Assembly: GCA_038046425.1 (NCBI GenBank)
Contig: JBBSWG010000069.1
Location: 1-37,254, forward strand
Length of the DNA stretch: 37,254 nucleotides
Reading direction: 5' to 3'
From: Nanobdellota archaeon
GTDB taxonomy: Archaea > Nanobdellota > Nanobdellia > Woesearchaeales > GW2011-AR9
The notes below the pieces were generated by a model. The model was given only the letters and a program-made list of their open reading frames with translations. It was not told the origin of the DNA and ran no database searches. Below, one piece after another: positions 1 to 8,488 of the stretch (positions within the stretch are counted from its first letter, which is position 1; every line of letters starts with the position of its first letter). Position numbers and translations under genes: made by a program.

Positions 1-1733
1 TCTTTTGCGGTCGTTCCCTTCCCTTTTTCCTTATTCAACTTTTTTTGCTGTTGTTCTAACTTTTTTAATTCTTTTTTGATTTGGCTGGTGTATTTTTTGC
101 AAACGTCGTTATCGACACCGGCAATGGTGATGCTTTCCTCTGTTCTCTTTCCCAGCCCTTCGATGATTACGGCAGCAATACCGTCTGCCAATTCCTGATT
201 GCAGTTAGGTATCAGTTGCAGGGGAAGCGTCAGCGGATAGAACTGGTAAGGTCTCTCCGCATTGAGAGTCGTCTTCTTGCTTACCTGTTTTCCTTCCTTC
301 TCCACCCAGGCCGCGAGTGTTGTAGCGGTCGTGTTGCCTTTGTACACTGCTAACTCCACGGTAAACTGCCCGCCCCAGGGCACTTTATTGTCGCTTCCCA
401 GGTTGACATTGTTGATGGCCAGAGTGGAATCAGCCTGCTGATAGGTTGAGCTTATAGCAAAGGCCCTGGTCACGCGATAATCGTTAGGATCAACATCTAA
501 GCAGGGCGGATTTTCAAACCAAAAGCTGGCCTGATAAAAACCGTCGTTTAAATTAGGTGAATATTTCTGGCTGCGGTCACTGACCACGGTTTCATTGGTC
601 CAGGGCGCATACTGGGCCGCAGAGTTTCCATTGGCATCTTCAATCGCTCCCCGTACGGTAACATTGTCAATCAAGCCGGCGATTCGGGAAACGGTGATCG
701 TAAACGAAAAATCTTCCGGCTTGAACAGAGAATTGTTCATGTCGATGTAGAGGAACCAAATACAGTCGCCGGTATATTCATTATCTTCTCCCGGCGTGGG
801 CGAAGTTTCATACCATTCATCGTCAATGCCGCTCCAGGAGCTGCCTTCCGTCGTGCCGGTATAGGACATGAAATCAATCAGCTCATTATCGGGTGAAAAT
901 AGGCGTACTTCTTCATAGCCATCATTGTTGAGGGCAAAGTCTGGATCGCCGTCACGATAGACGACCAGATAGCCCCCGGGTGGAACAAATAAGTCTTCTC
1001 CATTCAGCACTGCAGAGTCAGCTACAAGAAGTTCGTGTTCATCGTTTAAGTCAGTTATCCGCAAACCTCCGGCGTAGACCTCTTGCGGGCCATAATTCAA
1101 GATTTCAATCCATTCTCCTTCCGATTTAAGAGCATTATCGTTTTCAAAAGGATTGGCGAGAATTTCTGAGATCGCTAGAAAGGAAAGATCCGAAGAGATA
1201 TTAGCAACACTGTTTTCTTTTCCGGGAGTTCCCCCGGCAAACTTACTTTTCAGCCAGTTGCCTTCGTTATCTTTTTCCAGGGATTTGTTATTGCTGGCTG
1301 CGCCCATAGTGTGGTCGTAGCTCAAAAACAAGCTGACCGTCCCATTAGAAAGGTTGATATTGTCACCATCATTTCCTAACCCGTTTCCAATGGAATTGTC
1401 ATCAACACAAATCCGTATCGCCGTAGTAAGGGTGTAGTTATAGAAAGAGGTATTATAGAGAGAGGTATCTTGGTCGGTGATGAGGGCGTAGTTATTTGGA
1501 GGTATTATTAAAGAGCAGTTTTGGTCAAAATTACAGCAGACCAACTCATCCTTATTTTGATTGTCAGTAAGGGTCCAGGACTGGAGATTAATCGAGAGAT
1601 TGCCTCCATTATACAGTTCAATCCATTCATTGCCATCGCCGGGATCGTACATGATCTCGTTGATGTAGACTTGGGCGAGAGCCGCCGGGAGAAAAATGAC
1701 CAGAATAAGCATCCATTTCCTAGTCCACCCCAT
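1..1733 (-). CDS. Secreted/surface protein with two lamin-tail-like (LTD) domains; 3' end runs off the window
   Basis: Not in the ORF track because it is truncated. Manual translation from ATG 1733: MGWTRKWMLILVIFLPAALA (signal peptide) QVYINEIMYDPGDGNEWIELYN...GTPGKEN, then a second repeat LAISEILANP...GEWIEILN...PTPGEDN. The frame stays open to the window edge. Confidence 0.85.
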   Translation of the reverse strand, partial: MGWTRKWMLILVIFLPAALAQVYINEIMYDPGDGNEWIELYNGGNLSINLQSWTLTDNQNKDELVCCNFDQNCSLIIPPNNYALITDQDTSLYNTSFYNYTLTTAIRICVDDNSIGNGLGNDGDNINLSNGTVSLFLSYDHTMGAASNNKSLEKDNEGNWLKSKFAGGTPGKENSVANISSDLSFLAISEILANPFENDNALKSEGEWIEILNYGPQEVYAGGLRITDLNDEHELLVADSAVLNGEDLFVPPGGYLVVYRDGDPDFALNNDGYEEVRLFSPDNELIDFMSYTGTTEGSSWSGIDDEWYETSPTPGEDNEYTGDCIWFLYIDMNNSLFKPEDFSFTITVSRIAGLIDNVTVRGAIEDANGNSAAQYAPWTNETVVSDRSQKYSPNLNDGFYQASFWFENPPCLDVDPNDYRVTRAFAISSTYQQADSTLAINNVNLGSDNKVPWGGQFTVELAVYKGNTTATTLAAWVEKEGKQVSKKTTLNAERPYQFYPLTLPLQLIPNCNQELADGIAAVIIEGLGKRTEESITIAGVDNDVCKKYTSQIKKELKKLEQQQKKLNKEKGKGTTAK

Positions 1734-1831
1734 TTTGCCTCTGGAAAAGCGCTCGCCCATATAAACATTTCCATTCCACCACTCTAAAATACTAAACAAA
1801 GTATATAAATGCCGCTGATTTAGGTCTGGCT

Positions 1832-2305
1832 ATGGGTTGGTTATTTGGTAAAAAGAAGGTACCGGAGGCCAAAGTGCCGTTTCCTGCTGGTAGAATGCTG
1901 GACGAGGGCGCGTTGCGTCTGCCCGGCCGAACGAGAGGAGAGCGGGTGATTGAGCCCGAAGCGATTAAAGCTGCTGCCGGCCTGGAAGAGCCGTTATCGT
2001 TTCCCGAAGCCGAGGAAGGGTTTACCGAAGAACCGCTGCCTGCTGCCAGCAGCGGAAAAATGCCCACCATGCCTTTCTTCAAGGTCAAAAAGCCAGTCTA
2101 CATCAAAGTGGATATCTACCAGCGCCTGCTGGGAGAGATGGACACCATCAAAGCTAAGATCATGGAAATGCAGGAAGTTGACCGCAAACTGGAAACGTCT
2201 GAATACAATGAAGAGAATAACTTCGCCCACCTGCGAAGGACCGTGCGGAGCATCCACGATCATTTATCGATGATTGACCGGATAGTTTTTAAGGCCGGTG
2301 AATAA
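1832..2305 (+). CDS. Hypothetical protein with a C-terminal coiled-coil domain (paralog of 2380-2607)
   Basis: 157-aa ORF with an upstream TATA-like TATATAAA. The C-terminal PVYIKVDIY...IDRIVF aligns by eye with the next gene. Confidence 0.8.
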   Translation: MGWLFGKKKVPEAKVPFPAGRMLDEGALRLPGRTRGERVIEPEAIKAAAGLEEPLSFPEAEEGFTEEPLPAASSGKMPTMPFFKVKKPVYIKVDIYQRLLGEMDTIKAKIMEMQEVDRKLETSEYNEENNFAHLRRTVRSIHDHLSMIDRIVFKAGE

Positions 2306-2379
2306 GGAAATGAGAGAAGTATGCCGCCGAGCAGAAAACAAAACATAAATTTACCATAAAATCAAGAGGTGATGGTTAA

Positions 2380-2607
2380 ATGGAACGCATGCCTGTCTTT
2401 GTAAAAGTGGAAGAGTACAATGATGTCTTAGGCCTGATCAAGGCCATCCGGCGTAAGATGGAAGAAGCCAAGGAAACGCTGGGCAAGATCAACGACTTAA
2501 AAAACGAGGAAGATCATCAGGTCGAGCTCTGGCAGAATGCCCTGATGGAGATTGAAAAGAAAGTGGATTTTATTGACCATTCGTTGAGCGAGCCGGAACC
2601 GCTGTAA
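2380..2607 (+). CDS. Hypothetical coiled-coil protein
   Basis: 75-aa ORF preceded by an SD-like GAGGTGA; PVFVKVEEY...IDHSL. Confidence 0.85.
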   Translation: MERMPVFVKVEEYNDVLGLIKAIRRKMEEAKETLGKINDLKNEEDHQVELWQNALMEIEKKVDFIDHSLSEPEPL

Positions 2608-2674
2608 GAACAGAGTAAGGCGGGCAGAATAGAATAAATAACCGAAAGAATATAACCCCGAGAGTACCAGGAAA

Positions 2675-3118
2675 ATGCCGATACACAAAAAAGAGGTGCG
2701 GAAACCAGTAAAGGTCCATAGTATAGAGAAGGAGCCTGAGTATATGGTACAGGTTTCTGATCCCAAAGTGTTGCGCAAGGACTTGCTGGAAACGTTACGG
2801 GAAATTATCATCTTTATGCAGGGCTATGAAAAGTTCCGCAAGCTGCAGGAAGAGAAAGTAGCTACGTTTGCCGCCCTCAAAAGTGACGTGAAAGAGTTAA
2901 ATGTCCTGATCAACCATCGCCTGCGCAAATACCTGCCTAAGGGAAAGCTCCGGGTGGTGAAAGATAACGTACCGGAGCTGCCAGAAGGGCCGGAAGAGAT
3001 AGAGCCGCCACGGGCTCGTCCTGCTAGTCCGGGAAAGGAAGCGCCGAAGAAGACGGAACTGGATGAGCTGGAAGTGCAGTTGCGGGACATCGAGAATCAG
3101 CTGAGAAGGGTGCAGTAG
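2675..3118 (+). CDS. Hypothetical coiled-coil protein
   Basis: 147-aa ORF, helical and charged, co-oriented with the two preceding genes. Confidence 0.8.
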   Translation: MPIHKKEVRKPVKVHSIEKEPEYMVQVSDPKVLRKDLLETLREIIIFMQGYEKFRKLQEEKVATFAALKSDVKELNVLINHRLRKYLPKGKLRVVKDNVPELPEGPEEIEPPRARPASPGKEAPKKTELDELEVQLRDIENQLRRVQ

Positions 3119-3135
3119 GGATAAATCAGCGTTAA

Positions 3136-3145
3136 TTTTATAAAA
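3136..3145 (+). promoter_or_regulatory. TATA box of tRNA-Leu
   Basis: TTTTATAAAA about 25 nt upstream of the tRNA 5' end. Confidence 0.6.
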
Positions 3146-3169
3146 GAAGTTCTAAAAAGAAGAGAGAAT

Positions 3170-3355
3170 GCGGACGTGCCGGAGTGGCCAATGTGCTTTT
3201 GCACGGCTTGACGGGATAGACTCAAGGCATTAGAGTGGGGAGTGCTTGGATGAGTGCAATGACTAAACTCGCCGTGAGCCATCTATTGGCTCAGTGCCTA
3301 CGCAGGTAATCTTTAAGAACGCTTAGAGATCTGCAATCGAATCCTGCCGTCCGCA
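3170..3355 (+). tRNA. tRNA-Leu(CAA) with three introns (3192-3210 D-loop, 3227-3280 canonical 37/38, 3308-3336 T-loop)
   Basis: Acceptor stem GCGGACG/CGTCCGC. Removing the three segments gives an 84-nt type II cloverleaf: anticodon stem ATAGA/TCTAT, loop CTCAAGA, T arm GCAGG-TTCGAAT-CCTGC. Each junction has a 4-bp central helix (GGCC/GGCT, CTCA/TGAG, GCAG/CTGC) flanked by 3-nt bulges. Confidence 0.92.
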
Positions 3356-3412
3356 TTTTTTACTTTTAAAACTCGTTTCCCGCACTGGAAGATTTTTCCA
3401 CAGAAAAATTTT

Positions 3413-4048
3413 TCACTTTCCCCTTTTCTTAAAGCTAATCGAAACACTAATATCTTTCTCAATCGCTTGCCGCCGAGCCGCTTTCTCTTTCTTCTTCTGC
3501 ACTTCGGTCGCCTGCACATAAAAATCAGTAAAGAGGCGATACTTTCCAAAGGTTATAGCGGGGAGAGTTATCAATAACGTTATTACCGGCAATGAAGCCA
3601 GAGCCCAGACTATAATGACGACGGCGGTCTTCAACCAGGTAAGGACAAACAAGCCGAAATGAGTAAAGACTAATTTTGTTGCTGCCAGCACGTTCATTCC
3701 ATCACGAATTCGTCTCTTTTCGGTAAACTGCAGCACCAGCACCGGAGTGATTAGAATAAGATAAACGGCCAGTATCCGAAGCCAGCCCCAGAGAAAGGTG
3801 AGCAGGAAGGCAGTGAGCCCAGGCACCAGCAAAGCTATACCTAAAAAGAAGCCGGTCTCAAACAATCCCTTAAACGGCCGTATGGCGGGCAATTCTTCAC
3901 TTTTTCCTTTCCTGATTTCGTTGATGATGCGGACAACATAGCCATTTACCACCAACCAGCCCCAGAGGGGAACGAGAAACCACCAATAATTCCAGAGCCG
4001 GGCGAAATTGATAAAAGGATATTTTAAAGCCTGCTTGATCGTAGCCAT
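3413..4048 (-). CDS. Membrane protein, DUF4013-like
   Basis: 211 aa with several hydrophobic segments; N-terminal ALKYPF...GYVVRII pattern typical of archaeal DUF4013-type proteins. Confidence 0.65.
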   Translation of the reverse strand: MATIKQALKYPFINFARLWNYWWFLVPLWGWLVVNGYVVRIINEIRKGKSEELPAIRPFKGLFETGFFLGIALLVPGLTAFLLTFLWGWLRILAVYLILITPVLVLQFTEKRRIRDGMNVLAATKLVFTHFGLFVLTWLKTAVVIIVWALASLPVITLLITLPAITFGKYRLFTDFYVQATEVQKKKEKAARRQAIEKDISVSISFKKRGK

Positions 4049-4104
4049 AACCTACTAGAAATAAGTAAACCTTTTTAAACTTTCTCCTCAGCCGCTCCCA
4101 AAAG

Positions 4105-5433
4105 ATGATAGAACTATGCACCATTGGCGGCTTTTCCCGTACCGAAGGCAATTCGGTTGCCGTTAAGATTGATGATGAGGTCGTGATTCTAGACATGGGC
4201 CTGAGCATGTCGGATTACGTGGCCTATACTGAAGATCGGGAAGATATCTCGCCCAAGACCTATAAAGAGCTTTTGCGCGTCAATGCGGTTCCCAATTACA
4301 GCTTTATTGAAGATTGGAAAAACCAGGTCAAAGCGATCATACCTAGCCATGGGCATCTGGATCACGTGGGGGCGATTCCCTTTGCGGCGAGCATCTTTGC
4401 CCCGGTGCCGGTCATCTCTACTCCTTATACGATCGAAGTCCTGAAGACCATGACCAGAGATGAAGGGGTCAAGATCCAAAATAAATTTATCCCCGTGCCC
4501 TTAAACTCATCCTATAAAATCTCCGAGAAGGTGACGGCTGAATTCATCTATGTTACCCATTCCATTCCCCATACGGCGATTGTCGTTCTCCATACGCCCT
4601 ATGGTCGGATCATGTATGCCAACGATTTTAAGCTGGATGAGCATCCGGTCATCGGACAAAAACCGAATTATGCCCGCCTGAAACAGCTCGGAAAAGAAGG
4701 CATTGACCTGCTGATCATCAACTGTCTTTACGCTCACCTGCAGCAGAAATGCCCTTCAGAATCGGTAGCCAAAGAGATGCTTAAAGATGTGATGTTAGGT
4801 GTGCAAAGCGAGGGTAAAGCAATGATTGTCACGACCTTCAGCTCGCATATTGCCCGCTTGAAGAGCATTATCGAGCTGGGAAAAAGGTTGAACCGGAAGA
4901 TAGTTTTTTTTGGCCGTTCACTGGACAAGTATGTCCGTTCTGCCGAGAGGCTACAGATGGTTGATTATAGCAGCCAAGTGGAAATGGTCCGGCAGCGGGA
5001 TCACGTCGCCAAGATGGTGCACAAGATCGCTAAAGAGGGAAAAGAGAAATACTTGATCGTCTGTACCGGGCACCAGGGCGAGCCCAGGGCAATTTTATCG
5101 CGGCTGGCCCGCAGCGAGTTGGCCTTTCCGTTCACGCCAGGCGATGTCGTTATCTTCAGCTGCAATGTCATTCCGGTGGAAGTGAATATTAAAAACCGGG
5201 AGAAGCTGGAGCAGACGCTCAAAGCTAAAAATGTGCGCATTTTTAGCGGCGTGCACGTCTCGGGGCATGGCGCGAGAGAAGATCACCGCGATTTGCTGGA
5301 ATTGGTCAGGCCAAAGATGATCATCCCTATCCATGCCGAGCCGGCAAAAGGGCGAATGTTGGCCGAGCTGGCCGCCCAGCTGGGTTTTATGAATACGCAG
5401 GTGATGGAAGACGGGAAAAGAATATCGTTATGA
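4105..5433 (+). CDS. rnj: Archaeal ribonuclease J (MBL/beta-CASP family)
   Basis: Motifs LDMG, SHGHLDH, THSIP, DFKLD, TTFSSHIARL, TGHQGEP, HVSGH, PIH. Confidence 0.92.
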   Translation: MIELCTIGGFSRTEGNSVAVKIDDEVVILDMGLSMSDYVAYTEDREDISPKTYKELLRVNAVPNYSFIEDWKNQVKAIIPSHGHLDHVGAIPFAASIFAPVPVISTPYTIEVLKTMTRDEGVKIQNKFIPVPLNSSYKISEKVTAEFIYVTHSIPHTAIVVLHTPYGRIMYANDFKLDEHPVIGQKPNYARLKQLGKEGIDLLIINCLYAHLQQKCPSESVAKEMLKDVMLGVQSEGKAMIVTTFSSHIARLKSIIELGKRLNRKIVFFGRSLDKYVRSAERLQMVDYSSQVEMVRQRDHVAKMVHKIAKEGKEKYLIVCTGHQGEPRAILSRLARSELAFPFTPGDVVIFSCNVIPVEVNIKNREKLEQTLKAKNVRIFSGVHVSGHGAREDHRDLLELVRPKMIIPIHAEPAKGRMLAELAAQLGFMNTQVMEDGKRISL

Positions 5434-5436
5434 TGT

Positions 5437-5697
5437 TTAGAAATGCATCTTCTCTTTTAATTTCATAATTTCAAGATCCCTTCTTATTTTCTCTATCTCT
5501 TGTTCTTTCATATAATTTTTTTTCATCTGATAGATACCATAAATAAAAGCAACAATACTAATAATTAATAATAGCCAATGAAAAAAGAAAGAGTTGTAGA
5601 TATTCTCATTAGAAAAAGAAAAATAAAATGCTAGTATCCCTAATAAAGCCATAAAAAAATCGTATCTAACATATCGAGGAAAATCGTCTAATCCCAT
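5437..5697 (-). CDS. Small AT-rich hypothetical membrane protein
   Basis: 86-aa ORF with two hydrophobic segments and a charged tail, in an AT-rich patch. Confidence 0.65.
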   Translation of the reverse strand: MGLDDFPRYVRYDFFMALLGILAFYFSFSNENIYNSFFFHWLLLIISIVAFIYGIYQMKKNYMKEQEIEKIRRDLEIMKLKEKMHF

Positions 5698-5868
5698 TTA
5701 TAGCCCCATACTTTTTAACAGGTCATAAAACTCACTTTTAAAGAAAGTTATTATGAAAAGAAGCCCTAAAGTAATAACAGTAATTGTTTGGTTTTTAAAT
5801 ACGAAATATGCTGAAAGAATTATAAGAGTTATTACTATCATAATAAAAATAACCTTTTTAGTCCCCAT
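5698..5868 (-). CDS. Small AT-rich hypothetical membrane protein (start MGTKK preferred over 5958)
   Basis: Two hydrophobic segments. A TATA-like TTTAAATA lies about 25 nt upstream of ATG 5868, and the gene abuts the next one. Confidence 0.55.
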   Translation of the reverse strand: MGTKKVIFIMIVITLIILSAYFVFKNQTITVITLGLLFIITFFKSEFYDLLKSMGL

Positions 5869-6108
5869 TATTCTCTCTTTTTCGATTGTATTATTTAAAT
5901 CTTTCTGCATAAAATAGCATCCCTTTGTTTCCCACCTCGAAAAAGGTTTCTCTTTCAAAACTGACGTTAAGTTTACAACTCAATAATTACCCCCCAAAAT
6001 ATTTATAAAGGGGCACTATTACTACGCTCCTTAAGTCCCGCTGGGATTGGTCATTGAGGCAACTCAGATCACCATTTCTGAGCCAGCCATAAAGCAAGGC
6101 ACATTACT

Positions 6109-6414
6109 ATGCCCCGAGGAATGTATAAATCAGGACGATTCCGCCGTGTTTACGTAAAAACACCGGGTGGAAGAACTGCTCTTCATTACCGAGAAAGCAA
6201 GCCTACGCGAGCACATTGTGGACAATGTGGAAGAGCTCTTGCGGGCGTGCCACGGGAACGACCGGTTATCCTCCGTAGAATTCCTAAATCCTCCCGCCGG
6301 CCGGAACGACCTTATGGCGGGGTATTATGTTCAGCCTGTATGCGGTTACTCTTTCAGGCGAAAGCACGAAGCGCCGGGAATGAAGGAGAAATGGGCGGAG
6401 GGAGTGGGACATGA
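6109..6414 (+). CDS. rpl34e: 50S ribosomal protein L34e (eL34)
   Basis: RRVYVKTPGG...CGQCG...RRPERPYGGVLCSAC signature. Confidence 0.95.
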   Translation: MPRGMYKSGRFRRVYVKTPGGRTALHYRESKPTRAHCGQCGRALAGVPRERPVILRRIPKSSRRPERPYGGVLCSACMRLLFQAKARSAGNEGEMGGGSGT

Positions 6415-6665
6415 GCATATTTGAAGTTGGGCGGCTGGTGATGAAGATAGCCGGAAGAGATGCTGGCGGTAAGGGTGTCGTCATTGAGCAGCTCGATAAT
6501 ATTTATGTTCTCGTTGATGGTGGTCTCCGCAGAAAAAAGGTTAATATAAAGCATTTAGAGCCGCTTTCCGTGGTTATTGAGCTTAATGCTGGTGCTGCTC
6601 ATGAGGAGGTGGAGAGGGAATTTAAAAAATTGGGCTTGCCGGTCTGGGAAAGGAAGGCTCAGTAA
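6411..6665 (+). CDS. rpl14e: 50S ribosomal protein L14e (eL14)
   Basis: EVGRLVMKIAGRDAG...VLVDG..RRKKVNIKHLEP (KOW-like); ATGA overlap with rpl34e. Confidence 0.93.
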   Translation: MSIFEVGRLVMKIAGRDAGGKGVVIEQLDNIYVLVDGGLRRKKVNIKHLEPLSVVIELNAGAAHEEVEREFKKLGLPVWERKAQ

Positions 6666-6716
6666 AAACTCAGCGTCGTTGCTCGCCCTCGTGGCCAAGC
6701 CAGCCCCCTGTTTCTG

Positions 6717-7286
6717 ATGAGTGAAATAATACTTTTCCCCATAATCCTTATAAACTTTACCTTTTCTCTGCTAGGAATGGCTTCGGTCCAGGCTGCCCAA
6801 AACTATGCTTCGACGGTCCTAGCGGGAATAGCTATCCTCCTGTTCGGCTTCAGCGCCGGTATCCTCGTCCGAAAATTAGTACAAAAGCTGCTGCAGGAAG
6901 TGGCTTTCAATACCTATCTCGCGAAAGTGGGAGTCCATTATAATCTAGAACGGATGAGCGGTGCGGTGCTGGCCTACGCTATCTATATTCTCACCATTAT
7001 TCTCTTCCTGAAAGCGTTAAACATTCATCGGCTCGCTTTCTATACTATTGTCGGAGTGGTGCTACTCCTCATCGCCCTTTCCTTCGTCGTCTGGCTAAAA
7101 GATGTCCTTCCTAATTTGGCCGGCTGGCATCTACTCCTGAAACGACAAGCGCAGGCCGGAAACAGGATCTCGCTACCGTCGGTAACAGGAAAAATAGTAG
7201 AAATTGGCTACTTTGAAACTAAAATTAAGACCGCCCAAGGAGATATTTTACACGTGCCGAATGTATTGTTCCGGGAAGGGTTTTGA
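6717..7286 (+). CDS. MscS-family small mechanosensitive channel-like protein (true start may be 6777)
   Basis: Transmembrane helices followed by KDVLPNLAG...GNRI...TGKIVEIGYFETKIKTAQGDILHVPN (MscS beta-domain pattern). Confidence 0.8.
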   Translation: MSEIILFPIILINFTFSLLGMASVQAAQNYASTVLAGIAILLFGFSAGILVRKLVQKLLQEVAFNTYLAKVGVHYNLERMSGAVLAYAIYILTIILFLKALNIHRLAFYTIVGVVLLLIALSFVVWLKDVLPNLAGWHLLLKRQAQAGNRISLPSVTGKIVEIGYFETKIKTAQGDILHVPNVLFREGF

Positions 7287-7288
7287 AT

Positions 7289-7463
7289 GGAGAGTTTTGA
7301 ATAGATCGTGCTTTTCTACGTGAAGTACGTCGCTGTTAACCTCGCATCAAAACTCTCCCGTGAGGGGTATAGTGGTTCTGCTAAAACCGCTCCCGTTAAT
7401 CAGTTGCGTTCTTTTACGTCCCCCTATTCCCCATGCTAGAGAATTTTCCGCAGAAAATTCTCT
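7289..7463 (+). repeat. Structured repeat element / candidate ncRNA, copy 1
   Basis: Homologous to the reverse complement of 30745-30950. Stems GGAGAGTTTTGA/TCAAAACTCTCC and AGTGGTT/AACCGCT; terminal palindrome AGAGAATTTTC-CGCA-GAAAATTCTCT. Confidence 0.8.
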
Positions 7464-7474
7464 GAGCAAAATTC

Positions 7475-7714
7475 TCAATTCCGCAGGCTTTCCAGCATGC
7501 TGGCAATGTCCCAGATCTGCGTGCGGCAATAGGACGTCATCTCAAAAGATTCCATCTCTTCTAACTGCAGCAAGGCTTTATCAATCGCTAAATTAGAATT
7601 CTCACGCAGGACAGCAATCACATTCCCGGTCTTCTCTCGAACTCTCTTACTGACATCTGGATCATGTCCTAATTGTTCCAATTGAGCGACAACATCAATA
7701 AGTAGAGCGGTCAT
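7475..7714 (-). CDS. UPF0147-family protein
   Basis: DPDVSKRVRE...LEE...SYCRTQIWDIASMLES pattern. Confidence 0.85.
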   Translation of the reverse strand: MTALLIDVVAQLEQLGHDPDVSKRVREKTGNVIAVLRENSNLAIDKALLQLEEMESFEMTSYCRTQIWDIASMLESLRN

Positions 7715-7729
7715 TTTTAATTTCTTCCC

Positions 7730-8044
7730 TCATCTCTTCAGATCTTTAAGCATTTCTTTCTGCACCGTCTCCATCATCTGATTCAATTTTTCTTCCTGCT
7801 TTTCCACGCTTTGGATACGTAGCTCCGCGACTTCTTTCTTTTCCTGGAGATCCTTAGCCAGGCCTTCCGTAGACGTCGCGAGCATGATCTTCCCGATAAT
7901 CCGATACGCTTTTTCCGTCGTTTTCAGTTCACGGGTGGCGGATTCCAGCTCGACTAATTGATTCTGCAGCTGTTGCTTTTGCGTTAGAAGAGCCTGCAGA
8001 TTTTGTTGGAGAAGCTGTAGTTGTTGTACCTTTGCGGAAGCCAT
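7730..8044 (-). CDS. pfdB: Prefoldin beta subunit
   Basis: Coiled coil - AYRIIGKIML hairpin - coiled coil; conserved rpl37ae-rpo12-pfdB gene order. Confidence 0.9.
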   Translation of the reverse strand: MASAKVQQLQLLQQNLQALLTQKQQLQNQLVELESATRELKTTEKAYRIIGKIMLATSTEGLAKDLQEKKEVAELRIQSVEKQEEKLNQMMETVQKEMLKDLKR

Positions 8045-8068
8045 GGTGATGGTTGACGTGTCGTAATG

Positions 8069-8209
8069 TTATCGTGCTTTAATCTTCACGGTCGTGCGCC
8101 GATCTTTGTACAGAATTTTTCCGCCGCAATAGGGGCAACGTACTCGCATCTTTGTCTGTTCTTTTTCCACTCGTTTTCCACAGGTAAAACAGAGGTAATA
8201 CATAGGCAT
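8069..8209 (-). CDS. rpo12: DNA-directed RNA polymerase subunit Rpo12 (P)
   Basis: Below the ORF-track cutoff. MPMYYLCFTCGKRVEKEQTKMRVRCPYCGGKILYKDRRTTVKIKAR (46 aa, zinc ribbon), directly after rpl37ae. Confidence 0.93.
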   Translation of the reverse strand: MPMYYLCFTCGKRVEKEQTKMRVRCPYCGGKILYKDRRTTVKIKAR

Positions 8210-8257
8210 GGTAAATCACGGGCATTGATTTTAAAGTTGTTGAAGTTAGGATTTTTG

Positions 8258-8452
8258 TTATGTTGGTGTATACGCTTTCCCGGCAAATTTAACGTGACAG
8301 GATCGGCATTGCCAGATGCCTGCTGCTAGCCGCTTTACCGCGAATTTAAGGCAGGAGGAACATTTATGCTTAGCTCGCTGCTGGATTTCAATCTTGGCAA
8401 ACTTGACTTTTGGTTTCGTGCCGTAACGGGCACCAAAGCGTTTGATGGGCAT
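8258..8452 (-). CDS. rpl37ae: 50S ribosomal protein L37ae (eL43)
   Basis: RFGARYG...CSSC...VKRLAAGIWQCRSC..KFAGKAY signature. Confidence 0.95.
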   Translation of the reverse strand: MPIKRFGARYGTKPKVKFAKIEIQQRAKHKCSSCLKFAVKRLAAGIWQCRSCHVKFAGKAYTPT

Positions 8453-8488
8453 GGGGTAAAGTTAATGGAAGCAGGGTGTTGCACAGGA

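Noticed and set aside
1508-1787. Track ORFs 1508-1774 (-) and 1521-1787 (+)
   Set aside because: They are out-of-frame or antisense shadows of the LTD protein gene that starts at 1733.
3227-3280. Possible nested intron inside the 54-nt tRNA-Leu intron (CATT/AATG helix)
   Set aside because: The flanking helices are too weak to support a second BHB motif.
7347-7596. ORFs containing REFSAENSL on both strands
   Set aside because: The peptide is a by-product of the DNA palindrome; the ORFs overlap the repeat element and the UPF0147 gene.
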